NCBI RefSeq assembly: GCF_018977255.1 | Contig: NW_024704771.1 | Coordinates: 2,108,001 to 2,172,000, forward strand | Direction: 5' to 3' | Length of the DNA stretch: 64,000 nt | Source: Callorhinchus milii | Taxonomy: Eukaryota | Shown here: one piece after another, positions 33,601-45,599 of the stretch | How positions within the stretch are numbered: the stretch's first letter is position 1 | How the letters are laid out: the number at the start of each line of letters is the position of its first letter | Notes under the pieces: model-generated | The model's database searches: none | What the model saw: the letters and a program-made list of their open reading frames with translations, nothing else | Told to the model about the DNA's origin: nothing | Made by a program: the position numbers and the translations under genes

Positions 33601-36600
33601 GAAACAACTTAACAACACTCAGTAATTGGACTGTCAGAGAGGATTCTAAAGGTCTCTTCATTGTTAAAAGCGAAATAGAAATAATCCGTTCAACCAACAA
33701 GATCAGGTGTCTGATTCACAATTCAGAAAATGAACAAGAAGCAAAACTCCAAATCTCAGGTCAGTAAATGAACAAGAAGGAAATATTAATGATTGTTTGT
33801 TAAATATGATGCAGATTTGTACAGCACATGAAGTGAAAACTCGATCAGTCTGGATGATACGGTCCACTTGAGTTCATCCTTTCAAAATACCAAACTCAGC
33901 ATGTGGTTTGAGAACAACAAATTACATTTGTAAAGTGCCTTTCATGTCAGGAGGACGTCCCAATGTGAGACACACTATACAAAGGTCCAACCCCATGTTG
34001 GACCCGATCTGAAGTTTGGGGTCAGGAGGGATGGAGGGCAGGGTGGGCGGCAGTAGGAATGAATGAATGAAAGCTCGGTGAAAGAGGTGGATCTTGACAA
34101 GTGACTGAGCGAATGGAGGGTCTGTGGATGGAATTCTACAGAACTGGGGCAGAAACAGAGTTAGCTTATCACAAAGATCAGGAGAAGCAGGGCCATGGAG
34201 GGTTTTGAAGCCATTGAATATTCTCATTACAAACTGAAATCAATTCTGATTTCAGTACTCCAGCTCACCCATCCTTCCTGCTAACCTATTCAAACTGTGA
34301 TTATCTTGTGAATTAATCAACACTTCATAACTCACAGCCACCATTGCTTCAGAAAAGGCAAAAGTTGCCTGATCCACCTCACAGTGAAGGGAAGACTACA
34401 GGTTAAGAGCTGAGAAGCTAGCACAACAACAAAAGACATTTGTAAAACATCTTTCAAATTGGGAGGATGTGCGAAGGTGCTGGACTGTCAGGGAAATGGA
34501 CCTGAGCTGGGGAATAGGACATAATTATAGGACATCCACATGGAGGCAGCATTTCCATTCACTCAGGTTCATGAGTTGCCAGGTATTGCTCGGTCATCAC
34601 TGTTATATTGGACAGCACATTGTTAGTGACCGTCTGTTTGATTACCAACAAATGTGGTCATTTAATACATCACTATCTCCTGTTCAGCCTTCTCTTCAAT
34701 TCACTTTGTATCCCTATGGATTTATCTTGTTCCCGATTACCCTCTATTTGCTATTTTTATGGAAGAATGTTTGGGATTCTGCTTTACATTTGTTCCAATG
34801 TTCTCTTTGGGGTCTCAATTTCTATTTACTTGACATTGAAGGATAGAAGTTCCTCCATAAATCACATTTGAAAACTAAAATTAAATAGATATTAGGAATG
34901 GTTTCCTTTCCTCTGGCATGGCAATTCTCTTTCACAAATGCTGCCATTTACGCTCTTCAACTTAAACTTTCACTGAATTCCTTACAGTCTCTCTAGCCGT
35001 TGCCCCATTTCCAACCTGCCCTTCCTCTCCAAGGTGCTGGGATGAGTTGTAGCCTGGAAGATCCATTCCTTCCTTTTCCATCATTTCCTGTAAAATTCTC
35101 TCCAAACTGGCTTCCTCCCTGCCCACAGCACCAAGAGAGCCCTGGACAAAGTCACACCAGATGTTCTCTCTGTTGATGACTAGGGCTCCCTGTGTCTCTT
35201 TGTCCTTCTCTATCGCTCTATCACCTTTCACACTTGTCCACTTCTCCTCCCTGATTCACCTCACATCCTCTGTACTTTGCTAGTTTCATGCCTGTCTCTC
35301 CCAGCATCTCCACTTTATCTTACCAATGGCTTCACATCTGCCCAGTATATTCACAGAGGGGGTTCCTCAAAGCTCCATCTTTGTTCCTTTTCTTTTCCTT
35401 ATCCATACATTCACCCTTGGAGTCTGGCTCTCAGGGACTGGACTAACGGGACGGCCACAAAGAATGGATTTTATTCTGACATTCCCTTAACAACCACATC
35501 CCTTTAGTGCCACTTCAGCTCCAAGACCCCAATTCTCTGCCCAGGAAAAGTACATAATAATAATTGTAGGATTTGATACAGTGCATTATCACGTGTTTGA
35601 ATGAAACATCATAAAGAGCTTCACAGACTATACTCTTAAGTGAATTGACTGTATATTTTGTGGGTGATACACGGCAGCCAATTGCACACAGCAGTGTCCC
35701 ACAAACAGTCACGGATTGAGTGACCCAATTATTATTATATTGTATTTTTTGATGGGATTATTAGCCCTGGAAAGCGATCTTCCAAACAATGAACAAGCGG
35801 GTTCCTACTTAACTGCTAAGTAAACAGAGGCATGTGGAGTAAGGAAACTTGTCTAATGTTTCTCTCTGCCTGGGAATCTAACCCGTGTCTTCTCACATGC
35901 GAGGCGAGCGTTCTATCCAATACACTACCAGGACTTCACTTTGAGTGAAGCCCGTGACAGCTACTGAGCTATTGTGTGTAATACAGTCACTTGAGGGTAA
36001 ATAAAGATATTTATTGTTTTGACATCAGAATAGATACTTAAATGTCTATTTACATTTCTTGACAGACGAGTTCTTTCCCAAAGTGCCAGTGGGTTTGGTG
36101 GTTTCCTCACTGCTCTTAGGACTTGCCATAATGATGCTGAGTGTTCTGGTCGGCTACAGTGTAAAACAGCATCGAGAGATCAAAGGTACGTTCCCATCAG
36201 TAACATCTCTCATCACAACACTTACTGTATGAATGTGTAAGTTCTATAAAACAATTGGTCTCTCCCTTCACTCAGTGACCTCCGGTCTGTTTCATGTCAC
36301 CACCCGATCCTCCCCACCATCAGCAGGTCAGGCTTTCAGCCTCTCTGCCGCCACTCTCTGCAACTCAATCCAAGAATCCTTCTGTCTCGGCCCCTCCCTC
36401 ACCTCGTTCAAGGCCCATCTCATGACCTACTTACTCTGCTTTTTCAGTTAATATTCCCATCTCCCTCTGCTGACCCTCCACCCCGGCTCCCACCTCCAGC
36501 TCAGACCCCAGCATTGTCAGTGCTTTGGGATGTCCCCCGCTGTGGAAGGTGCTGTGTAACTGTAAATTTTATTGTAATTCAAACCTCATATAATTGTGCT

Positions 36601-39600
36601 GAGCTGCACTTTGTGTAGTTTATATCTGTTAATGTTGTAAACATGTAGACTGACCATTAAACTATTCTGGATTCAGAAATCGGTTTCTAACAGTTCTGTT
36701 TTGTATCCTCTAGATCTTGAGAAGAGAGTGGGTAAGTTATCAAAATAAAATAACAATTTTAAATGTGATCAGTTTCATTCACATGCTTCACACAAAACAG
36801 ACATAAGGACATTGAGGTGCAGTAAAAGTACATTTGTTTGCCAACAAAATACCCACTCACTACACTCTCCAGAAAACTCTGTGAAAATCTAACATACAAG
36901 GATTATTATTATTATAGGACAACAACTTGCACTTATATAGCACCCAGCTTTCAGGATAACGTCTCAGAGTGCTTAATAGTGGCAGATATCAAATGCAAGG
37001 ATTATTATTATATTGTGTATTATAAAGAGCCTTTTTTTCGGGGGGGTGGGGGGGGGGCTGGGTGGGAGGTGACCGTAAACACGATCGAAAAGGAAGTGTT
37101 TCAGTTGGGACTTGAAAAAGGGGAGAGAGAGGGCAACAACAACAACAACGGGAACGGGATTGAGTGAGAGTGTTCCAGAATTTAAGGGCGAAGTGGCTGT
37201 ATGCATGATTTCCAATGGTGGAACAGAGGGGAAGTAGACAGAGAAGTAGATAGGTACGTATATGAGGGATAGAGGCTTGAAGGGGTTTAGTTGTAGGGCA
37301 GGGCAGCTGTTGTATGAACACTTTGATCTGAGAGCCCATATAGACTTGGTGGTGAATGGCCTCCTTCTGGGCTGTAAATTTCAATGATTCTATTCCATAA
37401 ATTATTACAGACTGTTTAACTCCAACCATTGGTCTATTTCACATCTTCAACTTTCCCTTCTCTTCCCGAAGACAACATTGGCTTGTGAACATACACACAC
37501 TAAAGGGGGAAAAAAATGAGTGAGCTTCAATGAGGGAGGGAGGGAGAGAAAGAGGGAGAGAAAGAGGGAGGGCATGAGAGAGGAAGAGCGTGAGAGGGAG
37601 GGCGTGAGAGAGGGAGGGCATGATAGCAGGAGGGAGTAAGAGGAGGAGGGTGTGAGAGGAGGAGGGATGGAGGGAGGGAGTGAGACGGAGGGAGAGAGAG
37701 AGATGATGGGGGAGAGAGAGGGAGTGAGATGGAGGGAGCGAGAAGGAGAGAGGGACAGAGGAAAGGAGAGACGGAGGGAGTGAGAGAGGGAGTGAGAGAC
37801 GGAGGGAGTGAGTTAGAGAGAGTGAGGGAGAGGGAGGGAGGCAGTGTGACTTGGTTAGGAGCTGCCAAAGATCTGATCACTTCTTTCTTCTTGGTTCCAG
37901 TGTTGAAAAGGATTCGCAGGTGTGCAGGTAAGAGTCTGAGTGACCGAACCACCAACCTCCAACACACTGACTCCCCACCACCCCATACACAGTCACATCA
38001 CCCTGCCCCCCCCCAAAAAAATAGACTTTCATACCCACGTCCCTCACATATATATTCCCCCCGCGCACACATTCCCCCCCACGTACACATCAACCCCCCC
38101 ACACGCAGATCAATCCCCCTCGCACACATCAAATCCCCTCGTACACATCAACCCCCCCTCACACACATCACCGCTCTACGCACACATCACCTCCACATGC
38201 ACACCCCCCCCACACGCACACATCCCCCACACACACCCACATTCCCCCCACACACACCTTAACACATTTCCCCCACTCACACCCCCCCCCCCCAACACAT
38301 ATATTCATATTTACCTCACACACACCCTCACATCCCCGGGCGCACCCTCAACCACCCACATATCACCCCAAACTCACACGCTCACACTCCGCGTCACACT
38401 TACACACATCCCACCCATACAGTCTCCCTCAAATCACAACCCCCCCCACCCCACACACCATTACACACACCCTCGCAAACCCTCACACACGCTCACATTC
38501 ACCCACATACACACATGCTCATCACCCGCCTCACTCACACCCTCACATTCCCCCCACACACACCTTCATATCCTCACCTCACACATCCTCACACCTCCCC
38601 GACATATCCTCACATCCCCAATCCCACTCAGAGCCTCACATCCGCCACACATATAACATTACATACACCCCACACACTCTCATATGGACTCAAACTCATA
38701 CCTCCAAGTACCCTCACACACATCCTTGTATCCTCCCACACACCCTCACAAACACAACCTCTCACACACTCACATCCCCCTTCCCATTCACAACCTCACA
38801 TCCCCACACATACAACATCAAACACTCCACACACCTTCATACACACCCATACACACCCCCACAAATACCCTCACCACACCCACATCTTCCGCTCACATCC
38901 CACCAATCCCCAAAACACCATCAAGCTCCCACACACCATCACATCCTCCCCCATCACACACACCCTCATATGCCCCAAACACAAGCTCACATCGCCCCAA
39001 CAGACACACACTCAAACCTCCGCAACACCCTCAACACCTCCAACACATACACCATCACATGCCCCCACACACATCCTTGCATCTCTGCCAACAAAACCTC
39101 ACATCCCCCCCACACACACCCTCACATCACCCACACAACTTCACATCACCCACACAACATCACATCCCCTCCCCCACACACAACCCCTCCACACACACTC
39201 ACATCTCCGCCCACACACACCATCATTTCCACCCACGCACACACACTCTTACATTGCCCCCATACACAACCTCACATCCACACACACCCTCACAAACCTC
39301 CACACACCATCACATCGGCCCCACACACACCCTCACATCACACCCCCAAACACAGCCTTACATCCCCCCACACAAAACTTCACATCCCCACGCACACAAG
39401 CTCACATCCCACCTCAAACACATGGCCATTTCCACCCCCACACACACTCACATCCCCCCTCACATGCCCACATTGCCCCCATACGTACGCCCACATTAAA
39501 CCCCACATTACACCCCCCACATACCCTCACATCCCCACACACACCCTCACATACCAGCACCATATCCTCACATTGCCCCCACACATCCTCACCTCCCCTA

Positions 39601-40926
39601 CAGATACACCCTCACATCCCCCACACACACTCACATCCCCCCCCCACACACACCCTCACATACTCACATACAAACCTCACATCTCCCACCAACACACAAT
39701 CTCACCCCACCGCAAACACCCTCACCACCTCCCCACACACCCTGACCGTGCCCACCCCATACACCATCTTATGCCCCCACCCACAACCTCACATAGTCCC
39801 ACATCCTCACACACCCTCACCGCCCTGTAATCACCACCCCCAGATGGACGCTCACCACCCCTAACTCCCCTCACCCCCCTCATACAAACCACCACCCCAC
39901 ACATATCCTCAACCCTCCACACACGCTCACATCCCCACCCACACACACATCTTCACATCCCCCCTCTCACACACATATTCCCCCCGACAAAGACACCCTC
40001 ACATCTCCCACACATGCACCCTGACAGCCCGCACACACACTCACCATCGGATTCCACCCCCCACACACAATCTCACAACCCCCACACACACCCTCAAATC
40101 CCCCTACACAGACATCCTCCCCACATACCCTCACATGCCCACTCACACTCAAATTCCCCACACACCCCCACATCCGCGCCCCACACACCCCCACATCCGC
40201 GCCCCACACACCCCCACATCCCCGCCCACACACACATTCTTACATCCCCCCTCACACACACAGACTGTCAGCCTTTCTGCTGGATTCTGTTCCCAGGAGA
40301 TGTCAATGTTTTACACAAAGGCTTCTCTCCCGGTGACGACGCTGAAGATCATCTTATTTATAATTGTAAATGTGTCTGACATTAATGGTCTGATTCTCCC
40401 TCCAGTTACAGTCACTCTGGATCCTGACACAGCCCATCCCCTGCTCATCCTGTCTGAGGACCGGACCAGTGTGAGACTCGGAGACAATCAGCAGTCGCTC
40501 CCTGACTCCCCGAAGAGGTTTAGTTTGTATCCCATCGTCCTGGGATCTGAGGGCTTCACATCAGGGAAACATTACTGGGAGGTGCAGGTGGGCAACAAGT
40601 CATGGTGGATTATGGGATTGGCCACAGAGTCTGTCAACAAGAATCAACGAATCACTTGGTCAGCAGAGGGTGGGGTCTGGGGGGTGAGGCTGAGGGGCAA
40701 GAGCTATGATGCTCTGTCTTCACCTCCCACCCGCCTGCCCCTGACAGTGAGACTCGGGAAGGTCGGAGTTTATCTGGACTATGAAGAGGGACAGATATCA
40801 TTTTATAACGTTGACAACATGTCTCATCTCCACACTTTCACACAAACTTTCACTGAGAAACTTTATCCTCTGTTCAATCCCTGGTATAATTCTGAGCCTC
40901 TGACAATCTGCCCAGTGACAGGTTAA
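30552..40926 (+). CDS. Butyrophilin (BTN/BTNL-like): signal peptide-IgV-IgC-TM-B30.2, intact, 455 aa
   Basis: Exons 30552-30609, 32916-33263, 33484-33759, 36066-36185, 36714-36731, 37901-37927, 40406-40926. All junctions are phase 1 with AG/GT; total 1368 nt, no stops. AATAAA at 41398-41403. Confidence 0.93.
31590..32570 (-). mobile_element. Degenerate L2 LINE in BTN intron 1
   Basis: [16 protein letters not shown] and downstream L2 ORF2/3'UTR similarity. Confidence 0.7.
32916..33263 (+). CDS. BTN IgV exon (348 nt)
   Basis: [11 protein letters not shown]...DVVLDC...EVRWFR...VYLYKEG...YRHRTQLF...[22 protein letters not shown]. Confidence 0.95.
33484..33759 (+). CDS. BTN IgC exon (276 nt)
   Basis: [10 protein letters not shown]...[19 protein letters not shown]...KGLFIV...IRCLIHN. 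Confidence 0.95.
36066..36185 (+). CDS. BTN transmembrane exon
   Basis: [40 protein letters not shown]|gtacgt. Confidence 0.88.
36714..36731 (+). CDS. BTN 18-nt juxtamembrane mini-exon
   Basis: cctctag|ATCTTGAGAAGAGAGTGG|gtaagt. Confidence 0.75.
37520..40260. repeat. GA-rich tract (37520-37850) and 2.3-kb C/A-rich degenerate minisatellite (37960-40260) in BTN introns
   Basis: (cacacaccctcacatcccc)-like units; the long His/Pro/Thr ORFs here are by-products of the repeat. Confidence 0.9.
37901..37927 (+). CDS. BTN 27-nt mini-exon
   Basis: ttggttccag|TGTTGAAAAGGATTCGCAGGTGTGCAG|gtaaga (VLKRIRRCA). Confidence 0.8.
40406..40926 (+). CDS. BTN B30.2 (PRY/SPRY) terminal exon
   Basis: [12 protein letters not shown]...GKHYWEVQV...[15 protein letters not shown]...PLTICPVTG*. 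Confidence 0.93.
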
Positions 40927-41519
40927 TGTGGTCGAAAGAGCCTCTCATCCACCCACACACTCGTATCCTCCCAACACACACCCTCACATCCCCCCACACA
41001 CAATCCACACATTTCCCCACACAAACTCTCACATCCCTCTCACACACACCCTCACATCTCCCATTGTCACATTGTCACCAGAGAGTGGGGTCTGGGGTGT
41101 GGTATGGGGTCGATGAGGCTCTGACGGCATCTCATTAAAATCTCCCAAATCACTTTGGTATCTATAAACAAGGTGACATGTTGTTCCCCAGTGAGCAGCC
41201 GTGTCTCACTGTGTATAAACACCGTGTATTTTCAGTGACAGCTTTTATAATCTGTAACGTTTCTTATTCACTATAACAATCACCCAAGAAGCGAGATCTT
41301 TAATCCTCACTAAACCGAGGTCCCGTCTGTATCTGTTCAACTGAATATTAATATCCAAACTATTGTCTTTCACTTGCAAAATATTGGATCAATTTACAAT
41401 AAATCATGTTGTGTCATTTTATGTCCAATGATGAAACACAATCTACACACACTCCTCACCCTCTGATACACATACCCTAACCCTCACCCTTTGATACACC
41501 AAAGAACAACGAACTACAT

Positions 41520-43230
41520 TTACGCAGCACCTTTCACGTCAGCAAGTTTCAAGGAGCTGTAATGTTAGGGCTGCCCACCCGAGCTGGTGGTTGGGATAAG
41601 GAGAGGTGGAGGGCAGAGAGGGAAGGCATCAAAGGTTAATTGAAGGAAAGGTGGAAGAGGAGTGTTTTGAAGGTGGCAAGGGAGGGGGTGAGGTGGAGGG
41701 ACTGAGGGATGGAGTTCAAGAGTGTGCAAGCAGAGAGGCTGAAGCCCATGCGTCAATGGTGGGACGGACAAGGTGGACATAGAGCAGGCCAGAGCCTGCT
41801 GAGCGGAGGGAGCAGACAGATTTGTGGAGGTTAGGAGGTCACAGAGGTAGAGAGGAGCGAGGCCAGGGAGGGTTTGATGTTGAGGACCAGGATGCTGAAC
41901 TTGTATCCTCTGAGGATGGGAAGCCAGTGGAGCCGGGCGAGGATGGGGGTGATCGGCTCGCGGAGCCTGATGCGGGAGAGAACGTGCGCTGCAGAGTTCT
42001 GAATGATCTGCAACCTGTGGAGAGTGGAGTAGGGGAGGCCAAAAAGCAGGGAGTTTGCACAGTTGAGCCTGGATGAGGGTTTCAGTGGCCTGCGGTGAAA
42101 GACAGTGGCAGAGTTGGCTAATGATGGGGAGAAGGGCAAAGGCAAAGGGGTCATGGTATGGAGGAGTGTCAGAGCCTGACTCACTCCAAGCCGGGGGAGG
42201 GGGGGGAGGGGGGTCGGAGGGTGGGGTTAGGTGTTGGTGTCGGGTTGAGGTGGGGGAAGATCTGTAAGCACAGTCAAAATGGAAGGTTTTCAGTGGGGAC
42301 TAGAAAAAGGGTAGAGAGGGGGCAAGGCGGAGAGACTGAGGGTGAGCGACCCACAGTTTCCAGGCATAGTGGTTGAAAGCGCGACCTCCGATGGTGGAGC
42401 GCAGGATGCGAGGGACGAGCAGGAAGCCTGTGCCAGTCGAACGTAAGTGCTGAGTGGTGGTTTGATGAGTTGAGGAGGTCGGAGAGGCAGGTATGTGCCA
42501 GAGGGTGAAGTGATTTGAACTCAAGTGTGAGGATCTTGAAATTGATCCGTTCAGTGATGGGGAGTCAGTGGAGCCTGGCCAGAACTGGTGAGACATTGGT
42601 GCAGAGTTTGGTCTGGGTCAGGATGCGGGTGGCAAGAGTTCTGAATGAGCTGAATCATTTGAATAGTGGAGCTGAGGAGACCGGCGAGCAGTGCATTTGA
42701 GTAATCCAAGCGGGAGATGAAAAACGTATGCACGAGGGGTTTGGCTGCATTTGTGATAGGGTACAGTTGAAGGCAGGCAATGTGGCGAAGGTGAAATCAG
42801 GCCGTCCTGATCAGTGACCAGCTGTGGGGGAGGAAGGACAGCTGGGGATTGAACCAGTCGCCCAGATTACACACTGTTCAGAGAGTCTGAGGGAGAACCC
42901 AGAGAGGTTGAGGAGTTCAGACGCGCAGGACTGATGTCTGTCAGACAAGCTGATAAAACATCGGGGGACCTGGAGTTGGTACTGGAGGAGGCAAGTAGAC
43001 TTGTGTCTCATCGGCATACATGTAGAAGTTTACCCCATTCTGTGGATGACATCGCCCAGAGAGAGCATATGGACAAGGAAAAGAAAAAGGCCAAGGATGG
43101 ACTCCTGGGGTACCAGTAGGTGACCAAGCAGGGGCGGGAGGAGAAACCATTTGCTAAGATAAGATTGGGCAGGTCAAAAACCAGACTGCAGGGGCTCAAA
43201 GAGGAAATGGAGGGAGAGGTGTGACTGAAG
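41520..43230 (-). mobile_element. Two 5'-truncated L2 fragments in tandem (about 41520-42160 and 42290-43230)
   Basis: FHMYADETQVYL, SRLDYSNALL and LHWLP motifs on the minus strand. Confidence 0.8.
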
Positions 43231-43249
43231 TTGATCTGCAGCAATGAAT

Positions 43250-45583
43250 CACCACTTCATTTCCTTCACCACCTCCACCAGACCCACCACCATCTTCTAC
43301 CGCCCCTGGAAGAAGTTACTCCCACAATCCCTAACCTCTGCCTTGGAGTCCTCTTAACACCTCTCGCTCTGGCCTTCAACCCTCACTGACCCCTCTTCTG
43401 CTCTCACCCTCCTCCACAACACCCTCTCCTCCACACTCGACACTCTTGCCCCCATCACCTCCCATACTGTCTCCTACTCTCGCACCTCCCCCTGGTTCAC
43501 CACCCACCTCCGCTCACTGAAGAGCCAGGTGTGGGCCGCTGAACACACCTGGGTCAAATCTGGCCTAACGGTCCACTGACAAATCTGTCTGGACCTCCTC
43601 AAAATCTACCGCTCCACTCTAGCCTCGGCCAAGTCATCCTTCTACTCCAGGATAATCCTGGAGGCGAAGGACAACCCCAGGCTACTGTTTTCTACCACAT
43701 CCTGACTCCTCCGTCGCCCCCGCCACCCCGCACAGGTCACCTCCTCCAACCTTCACTGCGAGGAGATGCTGGATTTCCTTGAATCCAAAATCAAGGCAAT
43801 CCGCTACGCGGTCACTCCCCCTCCAACTTCCACCCACCCCCCAACCCTTCCCTCCCACATTCCGACTCCTACCCATCCTCCCCTACACACCTTCGAATCC
43901 ATTTCCCCACCCTCTGTCACCAAACTCATCCTGTCCCTGAAACCCACCACCTGCTCCCTTGACCCCATCCCCACGCCACTCCTTATCTCCTTACCTCCTT
44001 GCCCCACTTATCACAGACCTCATCTACCTGTCCCTCTCCTCTGGCTCTGTTCCCATTCCCCTAAAAACTGCTGTCATCACTACCACTTTGAAAAAACCCT
44101 CCCTTGACGCGTCACAGCTATCAAGCTACCGGCCCATCTCCAACCTCCCCTTCCTGTCCAAGGTCCTTGAAAGAGTTGTCGCCTCCCAGCTGCGCTCTTT
44201 CCTCTCCACCCATTCATTATTTGAACCCCTTCAGTCGGGTTTCCGTGCTGCCCATAGCCCTGGTCAAGGTCACCAATGACATCTTGACCATCTACGACCA
44301 GGGCTCCCTCTGCCTCCTCGTCCTCCTCGACCTATCGGCAACATTCGATACGGTCAACCACGCTATCCTCCTCCACCGCTTGTCCTCCCACCTCAACCTT
44401 CAAGGCCCTGTCCTTGAGTGGTTTAGGTCGTACCTCTCCCACCGTTTTCATTTTGTTTCCACAAACGGCTTTTCCTCCACCTCCCGCACTGTCTCGTGTG
44501 GTGTCCCTCAGGGCTCTGTCCTCGGTCCCCTCCTCTTCACCCTCTATATGCTCCCCCTCGGTGACATCATCCGCAGACATGGGGTTAACTTCCACATGTA
44601 TGCGGATGACACCCAACTCTACCTTTCCTCCTCTACCCTCAACTCCATGACCACCGATGTCCTGACAGCTGCCTGTCCGACATCGAGTCCTGGACAAGAG
44701 ATAACTTTCTTCAGTTCAACGTGTGCAAAACTGAGGCCCTCCTGATTGGCTCACGTCAGCGACTCCGCACCTCAGGCGCTGACAGCATAAGCATCCAAGG
44801 CTGCACTCTCCACCTCTCAAAGCAGTCAGGAACCTCGGGGTTCTGTTCGACCCTGAGCTGTCCTTTCTTCTTCATATCCGCACCACAACTCATATTCCAT
44901 CACCTCCAAAACATCGCCAGACTACGGCACTACCTCACCCCTCACGCGGCTGAAACTCCGGTCCACGCCTTTATCACCTCAAGGCTGGACTATGGGAACT
45001 CTCTCCTCGCCGGCCTTCCCGGCCCTCCCTCCACACTGCAGGTCATTCAGAACTCTGCAGCTCGTGTACTGTCCCGCACCAGGCTTCGGGACCACATCAC
45101 TCCTACCCTCACTCACCTCCACTGGCTCCCCATCCCCCAGAGGATCGAATTCAAGATCTTCATCCTCACCTACAAGGCCATTCATAGACTTGCTCCCTCC
45201 TACCTCTCCAACCTACTATCCCCCTACTTACCTGCCCGTACCCTCTGTTGCTCTGGCTCCGGTCTGCTCCACATCCCCCGCCCCAACCGCACTACCATCG
45301 GTGGCCAGACCTTCAGCCTCTCAGCCCCGAGGCTCTGGAACTCCATCCTCCAGTGCCATCGCCGCTTCCTCCCTTTCCTCCTTCAAGGCTGGTCTCAAGA
45401 CCTTTCTCTTTGACCGTGCATTCAGCTCGACTCTCTACCCCCTCCTCACTTCTTCCCTTCCCTCCCCTCACCCTGACCATTTCCCCCCTGCTCGGGTCCT
45501 GACCCAACTGTCCAGTGCCTTGGGACGTCCTCCCGACTTGAAAGGCGCTCTATAAATGGAATCTTTTTGTTGTTGTTGTTGTT
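43250..45583 (+). mobile_element. Longest L2 copy (2.3 kb; tether + RT + 3'UTR), frameshifted
   Basis: LKKPSLD...[18 protein letters not shown]; [16 protein letters not shown]; [11 protein letters not shown]; (GTT)n tail. Confidence 0.92.
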
Positions 45584-45599
45584 ATGTTGCAGGACTTTG

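Noticed and set aside
37940-39864. His/Pro/Thr-rich ORFs of 238-449 aa
   Set aside because: Translations of a C/A-rich intronic minisatellite.
43250-45583. Autonomous active L2
   Set aside because: 5'-truncated with several frameshifts; no intact ORF2.
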